The notes: generated by a model from the letters alone, not told the origin. Shown: positions 12,454 to 26,209, numbered from the stretch's first letter. The stretch is DNA of 64,000 nucleotides from Eledone cirrhosa (GCA_964016885.1 OZ024741.1:116994001-117058000), one strand, 5' to 3'. Numbers and translations: made by a program.

Positions 12454-12634
12454 ATTGGATTGGCAGTATCGGTAGAGCGTCAGATATGCTTTGCAGCATA
12501 GAGTTATGGCCCTTTAAGTTCTGAATTCAAATCCCACCGAGGTTAACTTTGCCTTTCATCCTTACGGGATCGATAAAATTAAGCACCAATAATGCACTGG
12601 GGTAATTGCTGGCCTCGTGCCAAAAATAGAAACA
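12454..12634 (+). mobile_element. SINE family A (tRNA-like head), full length, 14-bp TSD
   Basis: A box TGGCAGTATCGG at 12461; B-box-like gaattcaaatccc; TSD attattctaaagag at 12440-12453 and 12635-12648. Confidence 0.9.
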
Positions 12635-13184
12635 ATTATTCTAAAGAGTTTCTGTAAGTATATTCAGTCGAATTAACTGATAATGTTGCTAAGCATATCG
12701 TAAAAAATTTCTCATAGAAAATCGCGAACCATAGTTTACAGAAAAACCAATTCTGATAGATACATCTAGCAGTTTTAAACATTTAAAGTGGTTCAAATGT
12801 CCGCTTTGTAACTCGTGACGTGCTGGGATTCGATTCATACGTATATGGTATGTCGTTACCAAATTCTTAGTGCCTTTTTAATTGTAAGCAAATATACTTC
12901 ATGAAACTTTATGAAATCTTTCTTTGCCAGAATATGTATTAGCTTTCTTAATCGTAACGTATTCATGACACACATATGCATTTTCAGCAGTTAGCATCAT
13001 ATTGTAGTTCGTGTATTTATCTTAGTGCCATATTATGATATGTGTACGGCTTCCATAATTAAACATCTACTCTTTTTAGAAATTCTGTATATTATGGATA
13101 TATCCTGTGTTAATGTTTTCTTACCCGGTTTTGTTCTGTAGTGTGTAGCGTAGTGTGATAGAAAGCTGTCCCCCATATATACGG

Positions 13185-13227
<43 letters not shown>

Positions 13228-13428
13228 GATAGAGTAAGACACGCTTCACATCGGCTCCGCTATTCCATCGGGATTTACCCTTACTATTGTAAGTACCGGA
13301 TAAATTTTTCAGTGCAACACATTTGGAACACTAACCCCTGTTTTTTAGGGAAACATTTTTGCATTTACCCCCTTTTTAGGGGTTAAAATAAATATCTATT
13401 TTTGCCGAAAAATTTCTTTCTTGGCAGC

Positions 13429-15274
13429 ATGGCGGAAAAGATTGCAGAAATGTCTGCCATTAGCTCTGCCACGCCCCCCAAGTCTGAAGAACAAAAAATA
13501 ATTACAACAAAAGTAGACAATGAAACAAACAAAGAAAATGAAAAAACAAATGTTAAGGAAAATGAGCAAACAGAAAACAAACAAACAGAAAATAATACAA
13601 ATAACAACAGGGCAACTTTCGCCCAGAAAACAAAACAATCCATTACATACACACCAATTGACCTAACTGCCGCCAGAGAAAAACTGGCCGAAGCAAAGAA
13701 ACACATTGTTTTGGGGGAGAACGGAATGTTTTCCATTAACTCCCCCCCCCCCAGAATTCAAGAAAGCCAGAACAGAAAGCACAGTTCTCTACAGAACTAT
13801 ACTGAACCAGACAAGAAAGCCAGCACAGCCGAGCCAAATGGAAATAGAATTAGTCCTAAAAGACTATATGAAGAATATTCTCTTCATACGAAAGGACCGA
13901 CTCTATGGCAGCATTTCGGTCCTAACAAGAGACAAGGAAACGGCGGAGAAGCTTTCCCTAAGCCCACTCTCATCGACAACATATAGCTTCTATCCCTCCT
14001 ACATGGGTAGAAGAACACAGAGAGTAAAAGTAAAAACAATGCTGCCCACAATGGACTTCTGGTGGGCTATTGCTGGCTTCATAGATATGGGCGAAGACAC
14101 GATGCTGTCACTGGGGAAGGCAACTGGAGATGCGTTCCTGGGAATGGGCCTCGACATACTAGTCCAAATGAGGCCCGAAAGAATAGCACAAATCCCGGAT
14201 CGCATCTGGCTGGATGACCTTACCCCAATAGACATAATTGTAGAGGGGAGAAGACCAGCATGCTATTTATGCATGGAAAGGGGACACGTTAAGGCTAACT
14301 GCCCGAAACGTATCCCCCAAAAAGGACTATTGCCCACACCCACCACAAACAGTACACCAACACCACCCACCTCCAAAAATACACTAATACCACACACAGC
14401 AAACAAAATACAGACACCACCAACCACAAACACAACACAAACATCACCACCACCAGCACCAAACACAAGCACGACACAAAAATCACCACCACCAACCACA
14501 ACACAAACATCACCACCACCATCACCAACCACAAGCACGACACAAACATTACCACCACCACCACAAAACCCATTCCAAACAAATAATAAAAAAAACAGTA
14601 ACAAATCTACCCCTCCCGCAAAAAAAAAACAACCACACAACACGTCCCTCCCACCTAGCGCTGAAGAGTTTCCCCCAACTTCTGAAGAAGAAGGAGGAGA
14701 AGCCTTCAGACAAGTTAAAAGAAAAAAAAGAAAACACACACCCAGCACACCACAAATAACCCACACACAAACACCAACTCCAATCAAAAACACCCCACCC
14801 TCAACAAACAAAAATAAATCTGCGCCTCCCCTCTCCGAAACATTGACAGCATCACAAAAAAAGACGTTGCAATACACATATATAAATAAAGAAAACAAAA
14901 AACTGGTTAAATTAATAAACAATAACCCTATGGTGCAGACCGAAGGGCCAAACTTTATCTCAACAGAGAACTTCACCCATTTAAAAATGATAAAGGTCCC
15001 TCTGGACCTTTATCGTTCCTTAAAAGAACAATTTAGACGGGACGTGAGCCCCCCCTGTTTAAAACCGTTGAATCGCGTCCTCTTGAAAGATTTCCCCATA
15101 ACCGCCCCTCTCCCTGACACAACTCCAAATACCCCAACCCCACCACACACGTGTACCCCCACACCACCACAAAACATCCCTCCACCCAACACACCTGATG
15201 CCATGGAAATTACGCAACCCGGAGAGGTAAGTGCTTTTCTTTCTTCACTTTCAACACCAAAACAGATCAATTGA
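13429..15274 (+). CDS. Tx1 ORF1 (nucleic-acid-binding, CCHC knuckle); one frameshift in a C11 run at 13742-13752
   Basis: ATG at 13429; CYLCMERGHVKANC knuckle; Pro/Thr-rich linker; homologous to ORF1 remnants of copy 2. Confidence 0.85.
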
Positions 15275-18200
15275 GAGTTGGCTGTTTGAACGCGCGTGGC
15301 CTGGGCTCAGCTTGGAAGCAAGCAAAGCTTCTAAGTGACCTCAGGTCACAAAGTATAGATGTGATGGTTGTTTGCGAGAGTCGGATCAGCAGCGTGAGAC
15401 AGCTGGCGCCCGCCTTCGATGACTTTGAGATGCACGCATCTCTCTGTCAACCCGGAGGCGGGGGGGGGGGTAGTTGCCGTACTGCTGGATAAACGTCTGA
15501 CTCTCGACGTACAGATTGTTCACTCGGACCCGGGGGGTCGATTACTGGTGCTGGACGTCGGAGGCGGTGAAGGCGGGGCTTTCAGACTGGTCGGTCTTTA
15601 TGCTCCCTTCGGGGCGGAAAGAGCCGACTTCTTCCAGCGTCTGGAGACTTTTCTAGGAACGTCGCGTTCCCTGCTTTTAGTGGGGGACTGGAATGGAATC
15701 CTAGATGCGCGTTGGGACTATGCAGGGGCATGTCCCGATAGAGGGGGGTGTAGCAGCCTCAAGGGGTTACTCGATCGATTCGACCTGGTCGATAGATTTC
15801 GACTAGATTGTCCAACTGCGCCAACCTGGACCTGGGCAAACCGCAGTGGACAATCTAGATCGTACCTAGATAGGTTTTTGGTTAGGAGTAAGGATAGGGA
15901 CGTATTTAGTTGTCCAGAACTGATCATGGTTGGCTATTCAGATCACAAATTAGTGACCTGCGTGGTCAACCTTGATAGAACGCATAGACAGGGTTCCGGC
16001 TACTGGAAGATGAACTTGTCCTTACCGACAAAGAAAGATTACAGAAACCGGATTAGTAGCTTAGTTAAGATGCGGTTGACGGGAGCGATCGTCAACAGTA
16101 GGTGGTGGGTATCTCTAAAGAGAGAGATTAGAGTAAGTTCGATAGGTTACAGTAAGGAACTAGCGGCGAATAGAAATAGGAAGGAAAGGGAGTTAACAGA
16201 TAAACTAGAAGAGGCGATTAGGAGCGGAGACGTAGCCAGAGTGTTAGCGACGAGAACGGCATTGAGCCAGTTCTTTGACGCGAAGCACGAAGGCTGCGTT
16301 GTCCGAAGTAAAATACGTGCTTTAGGAAACGAGGGGACCAAAGCTGTTAGCTGGGCCCGCGTGACAGAAGCCAAGAGTGGGATTAAATCCACCATTCGGT
16401 CTTTGCGAGACCAGGATGGACGGGTGATCCTTGAACCTGAGCGAATGTGCGAGACCTTTCAAAGGCACTTTGCTCGACTGTTCGGAGGTGGCGGGGGGCC
16501 TGACGGGGATGTGGACTTCGGTCCATACCTCGACGGTCTACCGCGTCTTTCGAGCGGCGAAGCGGAGTGCTGCGAAAGGCCAATCACAGCCACTGAAATC
16601 GGGGAAGCGCTCAGCCAATGCAGCAGACGCAAATCCCCGGGTCTCGATGGTCTACCATACGAACTTTATTTAGCTATGCCGGTCTTGTTCTCCGAACTCC
16701 TAGAGGCTGTCTATTGCAACTGGCAACAGAACGGGAGAATTCCCTGTTCCGTGACCAAGGGCGTGGTCACGCTAGTGAGGAAGGAGGAGAGCAAGGGGGA
16801 CGACTTAAGTAACTTTAGGCCCATAACTCTGCTGAATGCAGAGTTACAGATTTTGGCCAAGGTGTTGGCGAAGAGGTTGGCGCTTGTGGTGGGTGGTTTG
16901 GTGGGAGACGCGCAGACATGCGCTATCCCGTCCAGGTCCATTCACGACAACCTCCACCTCATGCGATACATCATAGAGAGGGTTGGCTACGAACCCGGCT
17001 TTGGTGGGGCCCTGATCAACTTGGATCAATCTAAGGCGTTCGATAGGGTCGACCATGGTTACCTGGATGCGGTGCTAGCGGCGGCGGGCTTCGGACCCGT
17101 TTTCAGGGGCTGGATTTCTGCCATGCACAGTGGCAACATCTACTCTAGGATTAAAGTAAACGGCTACCTCTCGGAGCCGTTTCAAATCACCCGGTCCATC
17201 AGGCAGGGGTGCCCCCTCTCCTCCCTTCTGTACGTATTGACTCTCGAGCCACTGCTGCGGAAGTTGGAGTTGCTGCGGGGCATACCCCTGGAACCGGGAT
17301 TGCACAAAGCGGTCTCGGCCTATGCCGACGACGTAACAGTAATGGTGGCGGACGCCTCGGAAATCGGGGCGATCGCCACCCTACTGGAGGAATACGAAAG
17401 GCTGACGGGGGCTAAGCTGAACCAGGACAAGTCAGTCGGTTTGCAACTCGGAACGTGGAGGGGCAAACCGATGCCGTTAGACGGTGTCGTCGGGCGGTGG
17501 ACGGAGGGCCCGGTGAAGCTGCTCGGGGTCTGGTTCGGACCGGACCTCCAGGTGGAGAAGAATTGGTGCGAGGTGACGAGCAGGGTGTTTGCGCTGACCC
17601 AGAAGTGGGCCAAGTGCAAACTATCACTGAAAGGTCGGGCGGGGGTGACGAACGCTTACATAGCGTCCGTCATCTACTACCGCCTGACCGTCGTGCCTTG
17701 CCCCAAGGAAAAGCTCACCATCATGGAACGCATGCTCTTCCAGTTCCTCTGGAAGAAGCGGCCTCCCATGGTGAGGAGATCCATCTGCTGCCAGCACCCT
17801 TCGAAAGGAGGGCTGGGTATGCCGTGGCTGTTGATGCGTAGGCACGCATTGAGGCTACGGCATCTACAGGTATTCCTCAACGGTCAGCCGGTGTGGGCCC
17901 CGTTTGTGAGGCGAGCCTTCCCACAGCTCGTCTCGCTCACCGAACTGCAATCCTGGGTGAAGCAAAGACCGAGAAAACTGGGCAACTGGCACACCGAGTG
18001 TGCCCAGGCGCTCACGGCTATCTGGCAAGCGGACCCGACTGTCAGTGGAGAATCCACCTCGACATTCTATAGAGGGTTGGTGGCTAGCAGGGGCGACGAC
18101 ACCCTTGGAGAGTCGCTAGGCATGGAGGAGGACGAACTGGCCAGCCTGTTCGGTAGAACTTTCGGCCCGGGACCCATGGACAACTTCCAGAGGTCCCTAG

Positions 18201-18703
18201 CCTGGCAGTGTTACCGGGGGGCTCTGCCCGTTCGAGAAAAGCTCTACAGACACGGGCGCCCGGGCAGGGATCCCGTGAAAAAGATCTGTCCCAGATGCGT
18301 GCGCGACGAGGAAACCGTTGCGCATGCACTGGTACACTGCCCGGGCGTTGCCGATCTGTGGGGCTACGTCGAACGACTGCTGTCGCGTGTGGCGCCGATT
18401 CGATTAACCGCCGAGTCTGTGGTGAACATCAAGCCGCCTCCTCCCTTCAGAAATGAAGCAGAGGCGGTCTTTCTGTGCGTAATAGCCATGATGAAAGAGG
18501 TTGTGTGGTGGACGCGCCTGAAAGGTCTGAGGTCGGGTGACTTTCTCTCCGGCCATCACCTGGTTTACTTCTTCCGATACCACTTCGGAAGAAGAATCAG
18601 GATGGAGAGAGAAGTGCTTGGTCCCAGACAGTTTTATGAAAGGTGGGTGAAAGAAGCGAGAATGGCCCGTGTAAATGGGCCTTCTCTCTACATTGTTCTG
18701 TAG
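15271..18703 (+). CDS. Tx1 ORF2: APE endonuclease + reverse transcriptase + CCHC; one frameshift in a G11 run at 15460-15470
   Basis: CLNARGL, GDWN, YLDRF, SDH (APE); SPGLDGLP, FRPITLLN, LDQSKAFD, RQGCPLS, AYADD (RT); CPRC..ETVAHALVHC. Confidence 0.93.
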
Positions 18704-18954
18704 GTGAAGAAGTGAAGAGGAAAGGGGGAGCGCCTCCTCTCTGGGCTTCCCCCGCGAAAAGAGTTGCACACTTTTCGGGGGTATGTGCAATCCGAACACA
18801 ATCCTCCCTTTTGAGGACTTTTTATTGTTATATTATTATTGTTATTCCTTTTTTCTTTACTCGATTTATGTAAACTCCCCCACTGTGTAAATGTCCCCTC
18901 CTTTTGTGCCCTCGTGGCAAATAAATAGAAATTTATCTATCTATCTATCTATCT

Positions 18955-21900
18955 GAGATAGTAGGATGTACACAAATTAGCTGGTAAGTTTCTGCCAATT
19001 TATTTATAAAAAAACAGAAATTCTTGTAAAAAAAAAAAACACATTGTTTTGTAGATTAACCCCCCAGGCTGAATTGTCAGCTGGGTGGCAATCTCATTTT
19101 TCGCCCCCACAGGGGTGAAAATTTAAATTTAAATTAATTTGAAAAACTGTTAAGAAAATTTTTAATATTTTGCCAACAGCAATGGCTAGCTTACAAGGAA
19201 CGCTAGCGAACGTTGAGGAAGGAAAAAGAAAAGAAGAAATAGATTTTAACGTTGCTACGAGCTCTGCCTGTATCAATGTAGCTAAAAACAAAGTCTTATT
19301 TCACGAAAGTGAAGTAGACAACACAAACAAAATTGAACCACACAGTGTACAACCAAAAACAACAGAAAAAACAATTGACACAACTAAAAACGAAAATACC
19401 GACAACCACAACAACAACAACACAAAAAAAAAACTTTTACAGAAACAGTCACAAATAGTAATAATATGGATTTCAACGTTACCTCAAACTCCGCATGTAT
19501 TGGTGTCACTATGGAAGACAATATCAACAACAAGGTATTGTTTCACGAAAGTGAAATATATAATAAAAACAAGATTGAACCACACAGTGTACAACAGATA
19601 CCAAAAACAACAGAAAAAACAACAGAAAATAAAACGATTGACACAACTACAAACGGAAAAACCGACAACCACAACAACACCAATAACAACAACACAACAA
19701 AAAAAAACTTTTGCGCAAACAATCATGAACAAACAAGAGTTCAAGGTTCTCGATATCTCCAATACGAGACAGATGCTCTCTGAAGCAAAGGAGTTTATCA
19801 TATTCGGTGAAAACGGTGGGTTTAAAATAAACTCACCCCCAGAAATTCGTCTTGAAACACTTCGAAGGACAGTTACCTTCAGAACTGATTCAAATGAAAC
19901 AAAACGATCAGCATTCCCCAATCAAGGGGAAATTGAGGCAACCTTGAAGGAGATATTGCTAAACATTGACTTTATGCAGAGGGCCAAACAGTATGGGTGT
20001 ATTTCGGTGCTCCTCAAAAGCGAGGCCCTCGTACAAAAATATTCAGTGACACTAATACTGTCAAAAAAATACACCTTTTTCCCTACATACCTGGGAAAAA
20101 GGACTCAGAAAATCAGAATTGCGAACATACTAATATTAATATTAATATTTGGTGGATATGGGCAGGTTTTTTAGAAGAGAGACAAGACACCATTCTCTCC
20201 ATCAAGAAGTCAACCAGCCACACGTGGTCTGGTACAAATTTGGAGATTCTGGTGCAAATGAAGCCGGAGAGAATCTCCAAAATACCTGAAAAAGTGCTGG
20301 TGGACAACAACAGCCACATAAACATTTCGGTTGAAGGGGGATGTAACAGCACAGCATATCTAAAGGCCTCCTGCCCTTTACAGACACATTTAAAAAAAAT
20401 ACTGTTACCAACACCAACACCAAAACAACCACCACCACCACCACAACAATAACAACAACACACAAAACAAGCAAACGCACCAAAACAAACAGCCACTCAA
20501 CCAACAACAGCAGGAAAAATACAAACAACTCCCCCGAAGAACACAGTCTTACTCCATCCCACTCCATCCAACACTGCCACACACACACACACACACAAAC
20601 ACACCATCACCACACAACATACCCCTACCGCAAGCTCCTGATCATGAATCATAGTCAGACGAGGCTACTTCTTCATCTCCAAGTGAAGATGAAGGATAGC
20701 CTCGAAAATCAAAAAAACAAAAAAAAAGGCACCACAAAGCCACAAAAACAACAATCACCAACCCCAACACACAACCACCGACACAAACAACAACACAAAC
20801 AACACCACATTCAACCCCCCCCCCCCCAGCAAAACAAATACCAACACCACCCAAACACAAGCACCCAGACGAACAACAAACTAAAACAACACAACAAAAA
20901 CACAAACAACAATACGCATACATCAACACAAACAACAAGAGTTTGATGGAGGTCATCTCCCAAATCCTCAAGGTGGGGACGGAGGGCAAAACTTTCGTTA
21001 AAGCAGAATCGTCTGCACACCTCAAACTGATAAGGGTTTCTATGGAAACATATAGCGAACTAAAAACAAAATTTTCGCAGGACGTGGGCAACCCCTGTCA
21101 AAAACCCATAAACAGCGTCCTGTTAAAATGTTTCCCCACTCCACCCAACACCCCCACCAGCACCAAAATGGAGATTGAACAACCCGATCTCCAGGAAATG
21201 AAAAGGTAAGTGCACCTTTTCGTCCCTTTTCGCCAACTCTTCTCCACCAACATGGCCAATTTACGAGTTGGAAGCGTGAATGTGCGTGGCCTAGGGATGC
21301 CCTGGAAACAGGGCCAACTTTTAAACGACCTTAGGTCATACGGTATGGATGTGATAGCCATCACCAAGTCCAGGATCCACAACAGGCAGCAACTAACCCC
21401 CATCTTCAATGACTTTGCGATCTACGCATCTCTCTGTCAGACAGGAGGTGGAGGGGGAGTGGCTGTCATGTTTCGGAAAAACCTGGACGTCGAAGTACAG
21501 CAAGTACACTTGGACCCGGAGGGTAGACTGGTAGTCCTAGACGTGAACAGTGTTGGAGGTGGAGCCTTCATACTGGTGGCCGTTTATGCCCCGACTGGGC
21601 AATCGCAGCCAGACTTCTTTAAGCGTCTAGAGTCTTTTCTGGGAACGTCTCGCTCCTTGCTTTTAGTGGGGGACTGGAAAGGCATCCTAGACACACAATG
21701 GGACTATGTAGGATCATGTCCCAGTAGAGGGGTGTGCAACAGCCACAAAAATTTAATCGGCAATTCCAACTGGCTGATAGGTATCGACTAGATTTCCCGA
21801 CTGCACCACAGTGGACGTGGACAAACCTTAGCGGGACATCTAGATCGTATTTAGACATGTTCTTTATTAGAGAGAGAGAGAGAGAGACAAGGAGATGTTA

Positions 21901-24848
21901 AGCTGTTCACAAATGCACATGGTTGCCTATTCAGACCACAAACTAGTCATCTGCATAGTCAACCGTGATAGAATACATAGACGTAAAGTCTACAGTGAAC
22001 GGATAAGTAGATTTGTTAAGCAACAATTGACGGGAGCCATCGTCAACAACAGATGGTGGTGCTCCCTCAAGAAAGCAATTAGAGTAGAGTCGATAGACTT
22101 TAGTAGAGAGTTAGCCTTAGAGAGAAACAAAACAGAAACGGAACTAGTAGCCAAGGTAGAGGAGGCGCTTAGGAGTGGAAACGTAGCTAGAGTGCTAGCA
22201 ACGAGAACGGCACTGGACCAGTTCTTCGGCGCGAAACACGAAGGCTGCGTGGTCAGAAGTAAATCACGTGCTCTAGGAAATGAGGGAGCGAAAGCTGTTA
22301 GCTGGGCCCGAGTGGCAGAGGCGAAAAGTGGCAACAAGTCCACGATTCGGTCTTTGAAAGACCAAAACGGACGCGTGCTATTTGACCCCAAGCGGAGGTA
22401 CGCGGCCTTTCAGCGGCATATTGCGCAACTGTTCGGGCAGAGTGGCGGTACGCAATGGACTTCGGTTTATACCTCGACGGCCAGCCGCGTCTCTCGAACA
22501 TGGACGCCGAGTTCTGCGAAAGACCGATCATAGCCACTGAGATACGGCACGCTCTGGGCCGCTGCGGGAAATGCAAATCACCCGGTCTAGATGGTTTACC
22601 CTATGAGTTTTACATAGGCATGCCGGACTTGTTCTCTGGCGTCCTCGAGGCCGTCTACTGCAACTGGCAGCAGAACGGGAGAATTCCGAGTTCTGCAGGC
22701 AGGGGTGTAGTAACGCTGATCAGGAAAGACGAGAACAAGGGGGACGAACTAAGCAACTTTAGGCCCATAACTCTGCTCAACACAGAGTTAAAGATTTTGG
22801 CCAAGGAGTTGGGAACGAGGTTGGCGCTTGTCATCGAGAACCTGGTAGGGAAATTGCAAACGTGTGCAATCCCGACCACGTCCATACACGACAACCTCCA
22901 CCTCATGCGATACTTTATAGAGAGGGTGCGGTGTAAACCCCGCTTCGGTGGGGCTCTGATCAATTTAGATCAGTCATCGATACTTAGAAGCGGTTCTCAA
23001 GGCGGCCGGTTTCGGACCCGTCTTCAGAGGCTCGATCGCCGCAATGTACACCAACATCTGCTCGATGGTGAAGGTGAACGGCTATCTATCGGAGCCGTTC
23101 GCAATCACGCGTTCCATCCGACAGGGATGCCCTCTCTCCTCCATTCTGTACTTACTGACTCTAGAGCCACTGCTGCGGAAGTTGGAGCTGCTGCAGAGCA
23201 CTCCGTTAGAACCGGAACTGCGGAAAGCGGCGTTGGCTTATGCCGACGACGTGACGGTAATAGTGTCGGAAGCCTCCGAAATTGGTGCGATCGGCAACTT
23301 ACTGCAGGAATACGAAAGACTCCCAGGAGCAAAACAAAACCCGTACAAGTCTATTGGTTTGCAACTCGGAACGTAGAGAGGCAAACCGATGCCGTCCGAC
23401 AGCGTCGTCAGACGCTGGACGGACGGACCAGTGAAATTGCTCGGGGTCTGGTTCGGTCCGGACCTCCATGTGGAGAAAAACTGGAACGAGATCACGGCCA
23501 AGGTATTTGCGCTCACCCAGAAGTGGGCAGAGTGCAAACTATCCTTGAAAGGTCGAGCGGAGGTGTCGAACACTTTCATAGCGTCCGTCATCTACTACCG
23601 CTTGACCGTCGTGCCTTGTCCCCGTGAACACCTCACCAAGATGGAACGCATGCTCTTCCAGTTCCTTTAGAAGAAGCAGGCTCCACTGGTAAGGTGATCC
23701 GTCTGCTGTCAGCACCCTTCCAACGGAGGGCTGGGAATGCCGTGGCTGATGATGCGCAAGCATGTGCTGAGGCTACGGCATCTCCAGGTATTCCCCACCG
23801 ACCCCCAACCGGTGTGGGCACCGTTTGTGAGACAGGCCTTCCCGCAACTTGTCTCGCTGACGGAGCTGCAGTCCTGGGTCAAGCGGAGACCAAAGAAGAT
23901 GGGCGCCTGGCGTTCAGGCGCTCACAGTCCTCTGTCAAGCGGGCACGGCAATCAGTGAAGACTCCATTTCGACATTCTTTAGAGGGTTAGTACGTCACAA
24001 GGCCGAGGACGTGCTCGGAGATACTCTAGGCTCCGAAGATGACGAACTCACCAGTCTGTTGGGTAGGACTTGCCGCCCGGGACCTATGGACAACTTCCAG
24101 AGGATCCTGGCCTGGCAGTCCTACCGAGGAGCTCTACCAGTTCGTGACAAGATCTACAGGCATGGACGCCCCGTCAGGGATCCTTCCAAGAGGACGTGTC
24201 CAAGATGCGGGCAGGACATTGAAAGCGTCCTGCACGCAATTGTACACTGCCCGGGTGTAACCGACCTGTGGAACTATGCGGAACAACTGCTGTCGCGTAT
24301 GGGACAAATCCAGTTGACTGCCGAGTCCATAGTAAGAGTCAAACCGCCAACTTCTTTCAAAAACGAAAGAGAGGCGGTTTTCCTCTGTATAGTGGCTATG
24401 GTGAAAGAGGTTATATGGGGTACGAGATTGAGAGGACTGAGGACAGATGCCTCTCTCTCCGGACAACAACACATTCCATTCTTTAGGTACCACTTTAGAA
24501 GAAGAATCAGAGTGGAGAGAGAGGCACTGCACCCCAGTAAATTTACTGAAAGGTGGGTGAATGTGGCAAAAATGGCCCGAGTGATTGGGCCTTCTCTGTA
24601 TATAAACCTGTAGGTTGAAGATGAGAGCAAAAGGAAGAAAGGAGCACTTGCACAACACACTCCTGAAGTTGAGGTTTGTTTTATCGACGGGGTATTAAAC
24701 AACCCATTTGTGGCGCCTCCCCCTTATTGGGGATTTCGATTGTTATATTTGTTTGTTTCATATTTTTACACGATTGTATGTAAAATCCCCGACATGTCTT
24801 TGTTTTTATCCCCTTTTCATGTGCGCCCTTGTGACTAATAAAGAAAGA
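18955..24848 (+). mobile_element. Tx1 copy 2, full-length but decayed, divergent subfamily
   Basis: ORF1 remnants 19170-21209; ORF2 remnants from MANLRVGSVNVRGL (21252) to 24613 with YADD and CPRC..HC; many stops; ends in (TATC)n. Confidence 0.92.
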
Positions 24849-24872
24849 TATCTATCTATCTATCCATCTAGT

Positions 24873-24982
<110 letters not shown>

Positions 24983-25114
24983 TACTAAATAGTGAGTTTT
25001 GTTACTCTGAAGTAAGTTACATTTAGCTTTCCTGACTATTTAGTTTTAACATTAAAGCTCTACTTCGATATCGTATACTCTTTTATCTCATCCGTCATAT
25101 ATATATATATACAT

Positions 25115-25840
25115 ATCAAAAGAGATCGATATATAATATATAATGATCATGTAACTCTATGATGGCTCTATGAGAGATTTAGAGCTAAAATTCCAAGACC
25201 CGAAGCTTTGCACTCTGCTAATATCATAGGAAACCACATATCCAATATTTTCCAGAGAATAATCTAATTAGGTAAAAAAAAGTAGAAAGAGAATAAATAT
25301 GACACTTACATTGCCCCCAAGTTTTTACAAGGCCTATATAGTACCAATTCATACAGCAAATATCACCAATATTTACCGTTGATCAACACCAGTTAATGGT
25401 GATGCCAAGAGCTGTAATCATCAGTAAGTATCTTGAAATGCTAGAAAAATGTTAGTTCTCAAAGAACGAGAGACCAGCCATTGCTCAGGTCTCGTCTACA
25501 ATGAAATGATAAAATTATAACGTTCGATAGGATGAATGTGATATTTGGTAACGCTAGAAATAGCTCACACACTAATACACATAATACTGCTCGAACAATT
25601 TTGTAGTATCTATATCAAAATAGATCGATATATAATATATAACGATCATGTAGCTCTGTGATGGCTCTATGAGAGATTTAGAGTTAACGATCCAAAACCT
25701 CATAGCTTTGCACACTGCCAATATCATAGGAAACCACATGACTGATATTTTGCATAGAATAATCTAATTAGGTTAAAAAACGCAGATACAGAATAAGAAT
25801 TACACTTTCACTGCCAACAAGTTTTTACCAGGCCTATATT
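25115..25840. repeat. Diverged ~225-bp direct repeat, ~500-bp spacing
   Basis: ~25115-25340 vs ~25613-25840 (gatcgatatataatatataa...ggctctatgagagatttagag...ggcctata). Confidence 0.85.
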
Positions 25841-25862
25841 TTCAGCAAACAAGGGGAGATAA

Positions 25863-25907
25863 AGCTGACAGAGCTCTGTTTCGTACTTTTTGGTATTTAT
25901 CAAAGCT
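25863..25907 (-). ncRNA. Type I hammerhead, U3-A8 core
   Basis: Minus: agct-TTGATAA-atac-caaaaa-gtac-GAAA-CAGAGCTCTG-TC-agct; palindromic stem III, GUC triplet; first stem II pair mismatched. Confidence 0.65.
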
Positions 25908-26111
25908 AAGTACTCCATCTGTTTTCTGAAAATCATGAATGTTTGATTCTTATAGAATTCTAGTAATAATCAGGAACTTATTATACAGAAGCGTAAGGTC
26001 TTCGAAAGGTCTTCGAAATGATTTTGTTTAAGCATACAGTGTATTGCAAAATACGCTATATTTACATTCATATATATATCGCTATTTCAGAACACCAATT
26101 CTAATATATAC

Positions 26112-26209
<98 letters not shown>

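Larger units (their letters stand above)
13227..18933 (+). mobile_element. Full-length Tx1 (L1-clade) non-LTR retrotransposon, copy 1, inside (TATC)n
   Basis: 5' UTR, ORF1 with zinc knuckle, ORF2 APE-RT-CCHC, 3' UTR with AATAAA; (CTAT)n on both sides (~13186-13226 and 18934-18954). Confidence 0.95.

Noticed and set aside
12454-12545. Possible tRNA gene
   Set aside because: A/B boxes are present, but there is no clean cloverleaf and it continues into a multicopy body with a TSD, so it is a SINE head.
14263-18799. Antisense and alternative-frame ORFs over the Tx1 element (also over the RTE, R4 and Penelope elements)
   Set aside because: Shadows of GC-rich or compositionally biased coding sequence, with no domain motifs.
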